Of a stretch of 58,312 bases of DNA, positions 27,948 to 38,956 are shown in pieces. A program made the translations under genes and the position numbers. The stretch covers positions 1 to 58,312 of IMG/VR virus record IMGVR_UViG_3300042475_000814, one strand, 5' to 3'. The DNA is from a virus (lineage: Duplodnaviria > Caudoviricetes). A model generated the notes under the pieces. That model ran no database searches. It was not told the DNA's origin and saw only the letters and a program-made list of their open reading frames with translations. Each line of letters opens with the position of its first letter. Within the stretch, counting starts at the first letter, position 1.

Positions 27948-28300
27948 TGCCAGAAGGATTCCTGATTGATAAACTAGCACCAGCCCTTGGTGGTTTATTT
28001 GGTGGTTTGTCACTTGCCATGTTTTGGACTCCTGAGAAGTTACAGGAAAAAGGTAAGGTTGCATCGGTCTTTATTGCTGGAGGTATTAGTGCAATGGCTG
28101 GCTTTGCGTTTACAGGATTAGCTGCTGAAAAACTAGGTATTGGTACTGATAAATTAGACGTGTTAATTGGATTAGCATGGGTGTTAGGTTTGTGCAGTAT
28201 TGCTGTGATTAATTGGATATCCAACTATATGAGTAAGCGTGAGCATATGGATATTGGTGAAGTTGCAGACGAGATTAAACAAAGAAGAGCAAAGAAATGA
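27944..28300 (+). CDS. Holin-like membrane protein
   Basis: Three hydrophobic segments, basic C-terminus. Confidence 0.6.
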   Translation: MMPEGFLIDKLAPALGGLFGGLSLAMFWTPEKLQEKGKVASVFIAGGISAMAGFAFTGLAAEKLGIGTDKLDVLIGLAWVLGLCSIAVINWISNYMSKREHMDIGEVADEIKQRRAKK

Positions 28301-28593
28301 CATTAACTCATTGGCTCATGTCTATTCTAGTAATTGAACTGATTGCAGTTTTTATAGTAGCGTTTTTGGCTTTTGCTGGCTTTTTTACGGATATGCGGAT
28401 GTTAAGCAAGATTGGCATATTTGTAATGACAATGGGATTGATGGTGCAAGTTATGCGTTCATTACACTTCTTTGAGTTTGGTACGTACCCTGTAGATACG
28501 TTGTTTCCGCTATGGATAACTAAGGATATTGGCGCATCTATTATCATATTTGACTTAGCACTACTTCATTTTAGAAAGGCTAAAGAATGTTAG
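28297..28593 (+). CDS. Membrane protein in lysis cassette
   Basis: Three hydrophobic segments. Confidence 0.6.
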   Translation: MTLTHWLMSILVIELIAVFIVAFLAFAGFFTDMRMLSKIGIFVMTMGLMVQVMRSLHFFEFGTYPVDTLFPLWITKDIGASIIIFDLALLHFRKAKEC

Positions 28594-28988
28594 GACTTGA
28601 TGCAATATTAAACATCGGTGGTAAGTTAATTGATAAGCTCATTCCAGATCCGGAAGCCAAGGCTAAGGCACAGTTAGAATTAGCAACACTAGCCCAGAAC
28701 GGTGAACTCGCTCAGTTACAAGCAGATGTAAGCGAACAACAAGAGCTCACCAAGCGGCAACAAGCCGACATGATGTCGGACTCTTGGCTATCTAAAAACA
28801 TTCGCCCTATGACTCTTATATTTATTTTATTAACCTATACAGTATTTGGCATGATGAGTGCTTGGGATATTGAAGTAAATAACAACTATGTAGAGCTGCT
28901 TGGTCAGTGGGGGATGCTCATTATGAGCTTCTATTTCGGAGGCAGAACCCTGGAAAAAGTGATGGAGATGAAGAAAAATGCTAAGTAA
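28587..28988 (+). CDS. Holin, 3TM/GTA-type
   Basis: LIDKLIPDP, SWLSKNIRP, FYFGGRTLEK. Confidence 0.75.
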   Translation: MLGLDAILNIGGKLIDKLIPDPEAKAKAQLELATLAQNGELAQLQADVSEQQELTKRQQADMMSDSWLSKNIRPMTLIFILLTYTVFGMMSAWDIEVNNNYVELLGQWGMLIMSFYFGGRTLEKVMEMKKNAK

Positions 28989-29514
28989 TTGGGATAAGTC
29001 ATTTGATATGGTTGTAGCCCATGAAGGTGGATTTACTAATGACCAACGTGATAAGGGTAATCATTTACCTGATGGCCGTGAAGGTTCTACCATGTGGGGC
29101 TGTACTCAAGCTGTTTGGGAAAAGTACATTGGACACGAAGTAACTCAAGACGATATGAAAGCGCTAAAGAAAGAAGATGTTAAACCGGTATATAAAAGAG
29201 ATTATTGGGATGCAGTCAGGGGTGATGATCTACCTGCTGGCGTGGACTACGCTGTTTTTGATTTTGCTATTAATGCTGGACCAGCCGCTGCTCGTCGCAT
29301 GATTCAAAAGTCATTAAGAGTAACTCCAGATGGTGTGTTTGGACCTGCAACATTAAAGGCGATCCAAGAATCAAATGGACTAGACTTGCTTAAAAAGTTT
29401 AGCAATAATAAAGAAGAGTTTTACAAGTCATTAAATAACTTCCCAGTTTACGGCAAAGGCTGGCTCAAGCGGGTAGCCGATGTGCAAACATCTGCCTCGA
29501 CCATGATAGGTTAA
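28978..29514 (+). CDS. Endolysin, glycoside hydrolase family 108 with PG-binding domain
   Basis: [36 protein letters not shown]. Confidence 0.9.
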   Translation: MLSNWDKSFDMVVAHEGGFTNDQRDKGNHLPDGREGSTMWGCTQAVWEKYIGHEVTQDDMKALKKEDVKPVYKRDYWDAVRGDDLPAGVDYAVFDFAINAGPAAARRMIQKSLRVTPDGVFGPATLKAIQESNGLDLLKKFSNNKEEFYKSLNNFPVYGKGWLKRVADVQTSASTMIG

Positions 29515-29515
29515 G

Positions 29516-31561
29516 ATGCCATTACAGAAAATCCAGTTTAAGCCCGGAGTTAATCGAGATCAGACAAACTACTCAAACGAGGGTGGATGGTTTGAGTGCG
29601 ATAAGATACGGTTTCGTTCTGGATATCCACAAAAAGTGGGTGGTTGGTTAAGGTATTCACTGCTTATTATTCCGGGTATTGTACGACAAGCATTTAACTG
29701 GATAACCACAAGTAACGAGAATTTCTTAGGTATTGGGTCAAGTAGAAAGCTATATATCGAAGCTGGTCAGCAGTTATATGATATGACTCCAATTCGACAG
29801 ACATTTATCTCACCAGCAACTGATAATTGTTTTACGACTACAAACGGATCTAAAACGGTAATTGTGGCTATTTCCGCACATGGTGGCATAAGTGGTGACT
29901 ATGTAACCTTTTCAGGTGCTTCAGCAGTAGGTGGTATATCGGCAACAGTACTTAATGCCGAATATATTATGACTTATGTAAATACTAATTCATTTACGAT
30001 CACCGCAACAGCAGCGGCTACTTCTACAGCCACAGGTGGGGGAACGGGAATTACGGCTGCATTTCAAATTAATATTGGTCAAGATAATGGCTCACAGGGT
30101 TATGGTTGGGGTGCAAGTGCATGGTCAGCAGGAGCTTGGGGATCAGGAGCAGCATCGCCAGTATTTATTGCTCAAAGAGATTGGTTTATAGGTAACTTTG
30201 ATGATGATATGGTGGCTAATGTACGGAACGGCGCTATTTACTATTGGCAATATTCATCTGGATTAACAACTCGTGCATCGTTATTATCATCAACTACAAT
30301 AAGCTCAGTACCCGCCGCAGATGTTCCGACTCAGGCAATGCAAACTTTAGTATCACAAAATAGTAAACATTTAGTTTGTTTTGGGGCAACGCCGTATGGT
30401 GGAGGATCGTTTGATCCTTTATTAATTCGTTGGGCAAGCCAAGATGAGCCGAATATATGGACACCATTAACGACCAATACGGCGGGATTTATTCGAGTAT
30501 CTCGTGGTTCTAGGATTATTTGTGCCATTGCAACACGACAAGAAATCCTTGTGTATACGGAAGGAACGCTAAACTCATTCCAATTCTTAGGTACAACAGA
30601 CGTATTTGGACTAACTGAGTTATCGGATAATATATCTATTATTAGCCCAAGATCCGTGGTAGCTGTGAATAATACAGCCTACTGGATGGGGCATGATAAG
30701 TTTTATGCATATGGCGGTAGAGTAGAGACTCTGCCTTGCTCATTAAGAAACCACGTTTTTGAGAACTTTAATTATGATCAAGCTGATCAAGTAGTCTCAG
30801 GAACAAACGAAGGCTGGAATGAAGTGTGGTGGTTTTATCCAACAGCAACTAGCCAGATTAATAATGCCTATGTTATCTACAACCATTTAGAAAAAATTTG
30901 GTATTACGGATCAATCCAAAGAACAGCATGGTCAGATTCATCACTAAGGGATTACCCTCAAGCGTTTACTGCAACCTACATTACGGCGTCCATTACTGGA
31001 ACAACCATGACGGTTACGGCAATTAATTCTGGAATGTTAAAAGTAGGTAGCGTTATAACAGGTGGTGCTGTCTTAACTGGAACATTAATAACTGCATTAG
31101 GAACTGGAACTGGTGGGGTAGGGACTTATACAGTAAACATTTCACAGACAATTCTATCGAGTGATCTGACCGCAGACGCTATTATGTACAACCATGAGCA
31201 AGGAACAAATGATAATGTATCTGCCATGACTGCATATATTGCCTCATCTGACTTTGATTTAATTGACGGAGATCAGTTTATATTGACTAAGCGGATTATT
31301 CCAGACGTAAGTTTTACTGGTTCTACGGCTACGCTGCCTGAAGTGACAATGACAATTAAGCCACGCAACTTCCCCGGATCGGCATATACTAATACCGAAT
31401 CGGCTGCTGTAATTCAGACGGCAGTAGACATATATACAGAACAAGTCTTTTTAAGAACCCGTGCAAGACAGATGGCGGTAGAGATTTCATCGAGTACAGT
31501 AGACGTTCAATGGCAACTAGGTAGTCCAAGATTAGATGGTAGACCGGATGGGCGTAGATAA
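29516..31561 (+). CDS. Tail nozzle / DNA-stabilisation protein (P22 gp10-like)
   Basis: 681 aa beta-rich, [14 protein letters not shown]; precedes ejection genes. Confidence 0.65.
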   Translation: MPLQKIQFKPGVNRDQTNYSNEGGWFECDKIRFRSGYPQKVGGWLRYSLLIIPGIVRQAFNWITTSNENFLGIGSSRKLYIEAGQQLYDMTPIRQTFISPATDNCFTTTNGSKTVIVAISAHGGISGDYVTFSGASAVGGISATVLNAEYIMTYVNTNSFTITATAAATSTATGGGTGITAAFQINIGQDNGSQGYGWGASAWSAGAWGSGAASPVFIAQRDWFIGNFDDDMVANVRNGAIYYWQYSSGLTTRASLLSSTTISSVPAADVPTQAMQTLVSQNSKHLVCFGATPYGGGSFDPLLIRWASQDEPNIWTPLTTNTAGFIRVSRGSRIICAIATRQEILVYTEGTLNSFQFLGTTDVFGLTELSDNISIISPRSVVAVNNTAYWMGHDKFYAYGGRVETLPCSLRNHVFENFNYDQADQVVSGTNEGWNEVWWFYPTATSQINNAYVIYNHLEKIWYYGSIQRTAWSDSSLRDYPQAFTATYITASITGTTMTVTAINSGMLKVGSVITGGAVLTGTLITALGTGTGGVGTYTVNISQTILSSDLTADAIMYNHEQGTNDNVSAMTAYIASSDFDLIDGDQFILTKRIIPDVSFTGSTATLPEVTMTIKPRNFPGSAYTNTESAAVIQTAVDIYTEQVFLRTRARQMAVEISSSTVDVQWQLGSPRLDGRPDGRR

Positions 31562-31857
31562 TGGGGATGCAAACCTTCCGATCTCCAGCTTTACCATTAG
31601 CGCCAACAGATTACGACCAAAGCCAATTTAATCAGTTAATATCCGTTTTAAGGTTATATTTTACGCAGTTAGACTCAAATACTCCTTTACAGTTGGATGG
31701 AATACGGCTTTTAAATTTGCCGACATCGGGTTACAATCTTAGGGAAGGAACAGTCTTTCGGGATGGAGAATACTTAAAGATAGTTCTACCTAATTTTGCA
31801 TACTTAGGCGGCGTATCGGCAACAGTTAATTTAGGAACAGTGACGGTGACAGTATGA
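31561..31857 (+). CDS. Hypothetical tail protein
   Basis: LRLYFTQLD motif. Confidence 0.65.
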   Translation: MGMQTFRSPALPLAPTDYDQSQFNQLISVLRLYFTQLDSNTPLQLDGIRLLNLPTSGYNLREGTVFRDGEYLKIVLPNFAYLGGVSATVNLGTVTVTV

Positions 31858-32237
31858 AACCTACAGAAATTATTAATGCGGAATATCAAAAACTTGGTAA
31901 AGATCCAAGTAAATTCTTGCGTGGCTTAAATGTTGCAATCAATAAAAAATTAGCAATCATTTTACAAGAAGGTAATTCTGTTTTAGTTCTTCTGACTATA
32001 GGTGAAGGTTTAGTTGAGTTACATTTATTTACAACAGATGCTCCATTAAAAGTTGCTAGAGCATTATCAAGATTTGTGGACAAAATTCGTGATTCAGATT
32101 TAAAAGCTGTGTATGGACCAAAAGAAAATGTGCCAAACAGTAATAAACTTCAACAAACATTAACTATGTTAAAAACCCTAGGCGTAGATGTGCAGCCAAG
32201 CGATAATCCAAAATATGAATGGATGGCAAAAGTATGA
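31854..32237 (+). CDS. Hypothetical protein
   Basis: ORF track. Confidence 0.65.
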   Translation: MKPTEIINAEYQKLGKDPSKFLRGLNVAINKKLAIILQEGNSVLVLLTIGEGLVELHLFTTDAPLKVARALSRFVDKIRDSDLKAVYGPKENVPNSNKLQQTLTMLKTLGVDVQPSDNPKYEWMAKV

Positions 32238-35200
32238 GATATAACCACGAATCGTATCTTCCGATAGGGGCTTTTCAACCAATCTTTGGGCGCATGACTT
32301 TGCACGGTGGCGGCGGTGGTGGAATACTAGACGTAGTATCTGATGTTATAGGAACGGGCGGTGGCGATACAGGCATACTTAATATTGTTGATGAAGTAGC
32401 TCAAGCTGGTTCAGACGTATTTGCAGGAGCAGACGATCTTGTTTTTCAACCTATTACAGCACCAATTAGCCAAGTAACTTCAGCATTAGATGAGGCAGTA
32501 GTTCAACCTATAACTGCACCTATTAGTGATGTTGGTGTAGCAATTGATGACGCTGTAGCGGATGTAATTCCCGGTGGATGGGGAACTTTAGCACAGATAG
32601 CAGCAGCAGTTGCTACAGCAGGACAAAGTACATTAGCTCAGGCAGCGGCAGCAGCGGCAGCAGCTGGAGGATCAAAGTTTGCAAAAGATAAGGACTTAAA
32701 ATCTGCTTTAGAAGCAGCAGCAATATCTGGTGCAACTACTGGTGTAACACAGGGAGTTGGAAAAGAATTTGGATTGGGTGATTTAGGCAAAGCTGGACTT
32801 TCTGCTGGATTAAGTGGTGGTGTTGATTATGCTAAAACTGGAGATATAAATAGTGCATTAAGAGCTGGCGCACAAGCTGGTGCAATGTCTTATGGAGGAG
32901 CCAAGTTAGGCGAAGTTGTTAATCCATACTTTAATGAATTAAAGGGAGACTTTGGAAAATATTTACAGGAAAAAGGTCTTAATCTTTCTGAATCCGCTAT
33001 TCCATCAACAGTAAATCTTGATCCAGACTTAGGTATGCCCGGAGAAATATCTGGCCCACCAAACTTTTATCCAGATGCAGCACCGGCATTGCCGGGTGAA
33101 TTGCAAATGACGGATAGCGGAGAAGTTATAAATAGAAATCCAGATATTCAAAATGCAGAGTTTACGCCTAAAAAAATAGAACTAACTCCAGATTTAAGGC
33201 TTAGAGAAGATATACTTAATCAGGCTAATCTTGATGCTGCATATACACCCGATAGTCAATACATTAATCAAGATGCACAGGGATACGACAAAGTAAAATT
33301 CCGAGATGATCCCTATAGATATCTTGCCTCAAGAGGAATTGAAGGTAAAGATTATGTAATTAATAAAGCTACAGGAGCAGTAGACTATTTAAGTAATACA
33401 AACCCGTTAGACTATCCCGGTGATTTATATGATTCAGCTAAAGATTACTATAACCAATCAAGTCCCGGAAAGTTAGCTTTAACTGCCGCTGGATTATATG
33501 GCCTATCTAATTTAGGTGGCGGAGCTGAACAGCCTAAATCTCAAGCACAGATAGATGCGGAAGAAGAGGCAAATAGAGTTTACACTTACGGCACTTCAAC
33601 ATCTTCAGGATCTAACTATATACCTAAAAATAGAATAAACGCTGGTAATGTTTATAGTCCATCGGCGGGATATCGTTCTTTAAATCGTTATGCAGATGGT
33701 GGAGAAGTACAACATTACGGCATAGGCGGAAGAATATCAGATGCATTTACTCGTGTCGCACAACCGTTTGAGAAGGCAGTATTGCGTCCAATAGGCGAAG
33801 CTGTTCCTTTTGTTAAAGATTTAGCTCCTTACGCTGGTATAGCAGCGGGAGCAATGTTTGGTAATCCCGCTATGGCGGCAGGTATAGGTGGAATTGCATC
33901 AGGTTTTGGTAAGCCCGGTGGATTTGATATGAAACGTGCTTTGATGGGCGGTATTGCTGCTTATGGTATGTCTAATCTTGTAGGTGGATTAGAAGCCGCA
34001 GGAACTGATCCTTCAGTATTGCAAACTATGGATGCTCCTAATATATCTGGTAGTGCAGACTATCTCAAAGAAATAGGCTTAGACAATTCAACCTCTGGGT
34101 TAGGAATAACAACAAGTACTGGACCTGCCGTAAGTGCTAATCCAACATTTAGAAGACCTGAAGCAGTCCAAAAAGGTATAGGCAACTTATTACAAAATAG
34201 TAATACCCCCGAATATAAAAATGCCATGTCTACATTTACTAAAAATGCTGGTATATATAATGCTGGTGTTCCACTAATTATGGGAACAACAGGCATGATG
34301 GGCGTAGATGAAGGTAATGAACTCAAAAAAGAATATGACCGTTCTTTAATGGCACAACAAGCAGAAGAAGCTAATTTTAATGCTAGAGTTTTAGCAGGTA
34401 AAAAACGTGCGCAACAAGCCGTAAGTGAAAACCCTTATAGATTTGCTATGGGTGGAGCTATAGATGACGAGTACGGTGGCGATGATATGAATAACGTAAA
34501 TGGAAATATGCAAAACGGTTTCATGGGATATGCCGATGGCGGACCAGTAACAAATCAAGAAGATATAGATTATATGATTCAGATAGAAAATAATAGGCGT
34601 GAAGTAGATCCTATGTCTGATGAAAGATATGCGGGCTTATTAAAACAAAACCAAGATTACTTATCTACAATATACGGTAATATTTATAACCAACCAACTC
34701 CTCAACCTGTTGCGCCTCCGCCTGTGGTAACACCGTCTGTTGAACCAACACCATTAACTGGAGCTATAGCACCACCCCCACCCCCTCCTCCTCCTACTGT
34801 TGCACCGCTTGATATTGAAACAGTAAGAGCTAATGCAAATAGAGCATTAGATATGTCAGAGGAAGTACAAAACAATATAAGGGATTCTTCAAGAGCTGTT
34901 GAAAGAGCGCAAGAGTTAATAGGCACCGCATCTGCAACACCTCCTCCTCCAGTATATCAATCACCAAATGCTACACCTGCGGGGCAGTATATGGTTAGAA
35001 ATCCGTATGGTCCAGAGCCATTAAATGCATCCAATATTTATCAATATCAAAAGAAACGCCGTGGATATGCCGAAGGTGGAGTTCCTAGATTCTTATCTGG
35101 CGGTGGAGATGGTATGTCAGACTCTATTAAGGCAAGTATAGAAGGAACACAAGAGGCTAGATTAGCTGATGGAGAATTTGTAATACCAGCAGATGTAGTT

Positions 35201-35335
35201 TCACATTTAGGCAATGGTTCATCAAAGGCTGGCGCAAAACAACTTTATGCGATGATGGATCGAGTTCGTAAAGCAAGAACGGGTAACCGTAAGCAGGGGC
35301 GTGAAATTAAACCAACCAAACTCATGCCCATATAA
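32234..35335 (+). CDS. Internal virion/ejection protein 1
   Basis: G/A-rich, several YA[DE]GG motifs, C-terminal GDGMSDSI...ARLADGEFVIPADVVS domain. Confidence 0.7.
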   Translation: MRYNHESYLPIGAFQPIFGRMTLHGGGGGGILDVVSDVIGTGGGDTGILNIVDEVAQAGSDVFAGADDLVFQPITAPISQVTSALDEAVVQPITAPISDVGVAIDDAVADVIPGGWGTLAQIAAAVATAGQSTLAQAAAAAAAAGGSKFAKDKDLKSALEAAAISGATTGVTQGVGKEFGLGDLGKAGLSAGLSGGVDYAKTGDINSALRAGAQAGAMSYGGAKLGEVVNPYFNELKGDFGKYLQEKGLNLSESAIPSTVNLDPDLGMPGEISGPPNFYPDAAPALPGELQMTDSGEVINRNPDIQNAEFTPKKIELTPDLRLREDILNQANLDAAYTPDSQYINQDAQGYDKVKFRDDPYRYLASRGIEGKDYVINKATGAVDYLSNTNPLDYPGDLYDSAKDYYNQSSPGKLALTAAGLYGLSNLGGGAEQPKSQAQIDAEEEANRVYTYGTSTSSGSNYIPKNRINAGNVYSPSAGYRSLNRYADGGEVQHYGIGGRISDAFTRVAQPFEKAVLRPIGEAVPFVKDLAPYAGIAAGAMFGNPAMAAGIGGIASGFGKPGGFDMKRALMGGIAAYGMSNLVGGLEAAGTDPSVLQTMDAPNISGSADYLKEIGLDNSTSGLGITTSTGPAVSANPTFRRPEAVQKGIGNLLQNSNTPEYKNAMSTFTKNAGIYNAGVPLIMGTTGMMGVDEGNELKKEYDRSLMAQQAEEANFNARVLAGKKRAQQAVSENPYRFAMGGAIDDEYGGDDMNNVNGNMQNGFMGYADGGPVTNQEDIDYMIQIENNRREVDPMSDERYAGLLKQNQDYLSTIYGNIYNQPTPQPVAPPPVVTPSVEPTPLTGAIAPPPPPPPPTVAPLDIETVRANANRALDMSEEVQNNIRDSSRAVERAQELIGTASATPPPPVYQSPNATPAGQYMVRNPYGPEPLNASNIYQYQKKRRGYAEGGVPRFLSGGGDGMSDSIKASIEGTQEARLADGEFVIPADVVSHLGNGSSKAGAKQLYAMMDRVRKARTGNRKQGREIKPTKLMPI

Positions 35336-35345
35336 AGGATAAATT

Positions 35346-36773
35346 ATGGCAACAAATACTACCGTAAGTACCGCACAAACCACTACACCGGCTATATTAG
35401 AACCGTACTTTACGGGTGTTGGCCAAACGGGAGATGGTGTTGCTGGTGGATTACTACCCGCAGCGCAAAAATTATTTTCCCAATCATATCAACAAAGATA
35501 TGGAGATGTTCTAGATCAATCTGGATTAGCGGGCGCAGGGAGAATAGCTGGATTATCCCCTAACGAAGTAGCTGCTGGACAACAAATATCTGATTTGAGA
35601 CAGCCTACGCAGTTTCGTCAAGGACAATCTGCTTATCAAACAGGATTAGGTTCTTTAGATGCGGCTAAAGCAGGGTATCAAGGTGGTTCAAATGTAAGTG
35701 CGCCAAACTTAACACAGTTTCAAATGGCTGGACCGCAAACTGTTAATGCCCCACAAGGACTGTCATCATTTGATATAGCCGGAGCTGGTAACGTAAACGC
35801 TCAAAATTTAAATCAGTATCAAATGGCTGGTCCACAACAGTATCTTGGACAAAATGTATCTCAGTATATGTCTCCGTACCAGCAGAATGTTGTTGATGTA
35901 CAAAAAGCTGAGGCTATGCGGGATGCACAAAAACAACTTGTTGGTGCTAATTTAGGATCTTCTAGACAAGGTACTTACGGTGGTGCAAGAAACGCATTAA
36001 TGCAATCTGAGGCACAAAGAAATCTTCAGACGCAGATGGGGAACATACAGGCTACAGGCTCACAAAATGCTTTCCAAAATGCACAGAATCAATTTAATGC
36101 TCAGAATCAATTACAACAATCTGCTAATGCGCAAAACTTGCAAGCTCAATTAGGTGTTCAGCAATTAGGCTCAGGACAGAATTTACAAGCTCAGTTAGCC
36201 AATCAACAAGCTCAACAACAGGCTCAGTTAGCTAATCAACAGGCTAGACTTGGGGTTCAGCAGTTTGGCGCTGGTCAGAATATGCAAGCTATGTTGGCTA
36301 ATCAAGCTGCTCAACAGGCTACAGGGCAGACTAATCTGCAAGCACAGTTGGGTATACAGCAACTTGGTGCTGGGCAGTCTCTAGAAGCGCAACGGGCTAA
36401 TCAAGCTGCTCAGTTGCAAAGAGCTGCTGGTTTAGGGCAGTTAGGTCAGACATATGGTGCAATGGGTCAAGGTCTAGGACAGCAAGGCGCATTACAACAA
36501 CAGGCCGATATTGCAAGAGCTGCGGCTTTAGGTGCTTATGGTGGATCAGAACGAGGCGTTGCTCAACAACAGTTAGATGCACAGTATCAAGACGTAATGC
36601 GTGGAGCAGGGTTTGCAGAACAGCAGTTAGGATCTATGTCCAATATCTTACGAGGCGTTCCACTTGGAGATACTTATGGTACACAGACAACAACAGCAGC
36701 TCCACCTAGTTTTGCAAGCCAACTAGCCGGTATTGGGCTTGGCGGTTTATCTTTAGCAAATATGATTAAATAA
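35346..36773 (+). CDS. Internal virion/ejection protein 2 (Q-rich)
   Basis: YMSPYQQNVV, GTYGGAR, QAQLANQ repeats, hydrophobic C-terminus. Confidence 0.7.
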   Translation: MATNTTVSTAQTTTPAILEPYFTGVGQTGDGVAGGLLPAAQKLFSQSYQQRYGDVLDQSGLAGAGRIAGLSPNEVAAGQQISDLRQPTQFRQGQSAYQTGLGSLDAAKAGYQGGSNVSAPNLTQFQMAGPQTVNAPQGLSSFDIAGAGNVNAQNLNQYQMAGPQQYLGQNVSQYMSPYQQNVVDVQKAEAMRDAQKQLVGANLGSSRQGTYGGARNALMQSEAQRNLQTQMGNIQATGSQNAFQNAQNQFNAQNQLQQSANAQNLQAQLGVQQLGSGQNLQAQLANQQAQQQAQLANQQARLGVQQFGAGQNMQAMLANQAAQQATGQTNLQAQLGIQQLGAGQSLEAQRANQAAQLQRAAGLGQLGQTYGAMGQGLGQQGALQQQADIARAAALGAYGGSERGVAQQQLDAQYQDVMRGAGFAEQQLGSMSNILRGVPLGDTYGTQTTTAAPPSFASQLAGIGLGGLSLANMIK

Positions 36774-36785
36774 GTGAGATAAATA

Positions 36786-38954
36786 ATGAGTATATTAAGC
36801 GCAATTAAACAGCAAAGCGGGTCTATTGAAGACTTGGCTAGACTACCTCAGGCCATGATTATGCAGATGGCGCAAAGGAAGCAAATACTGCCGGAAATAG
36901 TTCCTGCGATATTAGCTAAAAAAGCTGAGATGATTGACTTAAATCTCAAGTCAAAAGCAATGCAGACACAGCCACAAACACAATCTGTTATGGAACAGAT
37001 TATGGCGCAAAACGCACAAGCAGATAATCCACAAGCAATGGGTAGGATGCCTCCTGCAATGCAAGTTCCTATGCAACCGCCCATACAGCAACCTCAACAA
37101 CCACCACAAGGAGCTGCTGATGTAGGTATAGCGTCTAATCCAGTACCGCCTATGCAAATGGCCGGCGGTGGAATTATTGCGTTTGCTGAAGGTGATTTAA
37201 TTGAAGATGAAGATAATGAACAAGACGAGTATGACGATTATGTAAGCGCCATGCAGGTTCAGGATTACAGTGTGCCATTAACTCCAGCAGGAGAAGCGGA
37301 TACGTCAAGCATGCCTACGCAATCCACTAAAACATCTCAAATGCCGGCTGGTGGTATTAAGCAACTTATCTCCTCAAAAGCAGAAAAATATAAATTACCA
37401 GCAGATTTAGTACAAAGAATTGCATATTCAGAAAGCGGTGGAAGACCTGACGCTGCAAACCCATTAAGTTCTGCTAAAGGTTTATTCCAGTTTACTAATG
37501 CCACATGGAAGGGTATGGGCGGTAAAGAAGGAGAGCAGTTAGATCCTGAGAAGAACGCTGAGTTAGGTACTTTATTTACTCGCCAAAATGCTGAAGGATT
37601 AAAGAAAGCCTTTGGTAGAGATCCAACATACGGTGAAGTTTATGCTGCCAATCACTTTGGGCTACAGGGCGCTAAAGAGTTATTAAGTCTTGATCCTAAA
37701 ACACCTATGGAAAAAGCAGTATCTAGTACAGTATTAAAACAAAACCCATACTTACGAGGCCGTACAGTAGGTGATGTTATGTCTCAGTTAAGTAAGAAGA
37801 CCGGACAAGGCATAGTAGAATTAGCTGAAGGTGGAGCAATTCGTTTCCAAAAGGGCGGAGCTTCTACAATGGAAGATATAGATTTGGATACGTCAGAAAC
37901 AAAATCAACAAACTTTTCAAATTTTATTAATAATCTTGTTAGGCAGGGTAAGACAATTGAAGATGTTTATGGAAAAACTCCGCCTAAAAATACGGTTAAA
38001 CCATTAGAAATAAAAGAAACTGCGGATGAGCAGATAGCTAGAGAAGCTAATCTTGATGCTGGTTTTACGCCTAAACCACCTCCTGCAAAACCGTCTGGGT
38101 CTAAAAAGCCAATTGTTCCGCCAATCTTCCAAAGTACAGATGCGCAAATGACGGCTGACCAAGGAATAAACTTGCCTCCTATTCCAACAAAAGAAGAAAC
38201 AAAACCTTCTGATGGAGCAAGTAAAAAAGATACGTCAGACTTTGCAAAGTACTTTGAAAGACTTATGCGTCAAGAAGAGGATATAGTCAAGCAGGAAAAG
38301 AATGATCAGAACATGGCATTGTTAGCTGCGGCACTTAAAATGTATGGTGGTACGTCTAAGTACGCTAATGAGAATATTGGTGCGGGCGGGTTGGCCGGAC
38401 TACAAATGATGAGCGATACTCAGAAAACAAGAGCTGCACAACGAGCTGCACTTGATAAGTCTTTTGGTACAGGTTTAAGGTATCAAGCTTTAGGTGAGAA
38501 TACAAAAGCTCAACTAGCACAAAGTGCGGCCTATAATCTTGCTAGAATTGATGCGGAATTAAGAAACCAAAACCTAACAAAAGAATATAGGGATGAGTTG
38601 TTAGTTCAAAGAAAAATAGAAAATGATCGACTTGATCTAAGCAGGACTGATACACTAGAAGAAAGAAGATTAAAAAATTTAAACGATGATGCTTTAAAGA
38701 GGGAGCAGGCTTTAGATAGGTATACAAAAATGTTATTAAATCCTATTGATGCAAAATACAAAAACAATCCTCTTTATTCTATGGGTAACAAAGAATTTTT
38801 AGCGCAATATGAAGCTGAAAAAGCCGCAGTGCTTTCTAGCCCAGAGTATATAAAACGATATAATAAAACGTATCCGGACGACCCATATACGCAACCAACA
38901 GTCTCCAGTACAAATATTTTAAAGTTTGATTCCAAAGGCAACCCGGTAAAATAA
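36786..38954 (+). CDS. Ejection protein with lytic transglycosylase (SLT) domain
   Basis: IAYSESGGRPDAANPLSSAKGLFQF, YAANHFG. Confidence 0.8.
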   Translation: MSILSAIKQQSGSIEDLARLPQAMIMQMAQRKQILPEIVPAILAKKAEMIDLNLKSKAMQTQPQTQSVMEQIMAQNAQADNPQAMGRMPPAMQVPMQPPIQQPQQPPQGAADVGIASNPVPPMQMAGGGIIAFAEGDLIEDEDNEQDEYDDYVSAMQVQDYSVPLTPAGEADTSSMPTQSTKTSQMPAGGIKQLISSKAEKYKLPADLVQRIAYSESGGRPDAANPLSSAKGLFQFTNATWKGMGGKEGEQLDPEKNAELGTLFTRQNAEGLKKAFGRDPTYGEVYAANHFGLQGAKELLSLDPKTPMEKAVSSTVLKQNPYLRGRTVGDVMSQLSKKTGQGIVELAEGGAIRFQKGGASTMEDIDLDTSETKSTNFSNFINNLVRQGKTIEDVYGKTPPKNTVKPLEIKETADEQIAREANLDAGFTPKPPPAKPSGSKKPIVPPIFQSTDAQMTADQGINLPPIPTKEETKPSDGASKKDTSDFAKYFERLMRQEEDIVKQEKNDQNMALLAAALKMYGGTSKYANENIGAGGLAGLQMMSDTQKTRAAQRAALDKSFGTGLRYQALGENTKAQLAQSAAYNLARIDAELRNQNLTKEYRDELLVQRKIENDRLDLSRTDTLEERRLKNLNDDALKREQALDRYTKMLLNPIDAKYKNNPLYSMGNKEFLAQYEAEKAAVLSSPEYIKRYNKTYPDDPYTQPTVSSTNILKFDSKGNPVK

Positions 38955-38956
38955 AT

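Noticed and set aside
34724-34731. Additional palindrome site (half-site GTGGTAAC; also TAACGTTA near 11402)
   Set aside because: Only 8-bp partial matches, expected by chance
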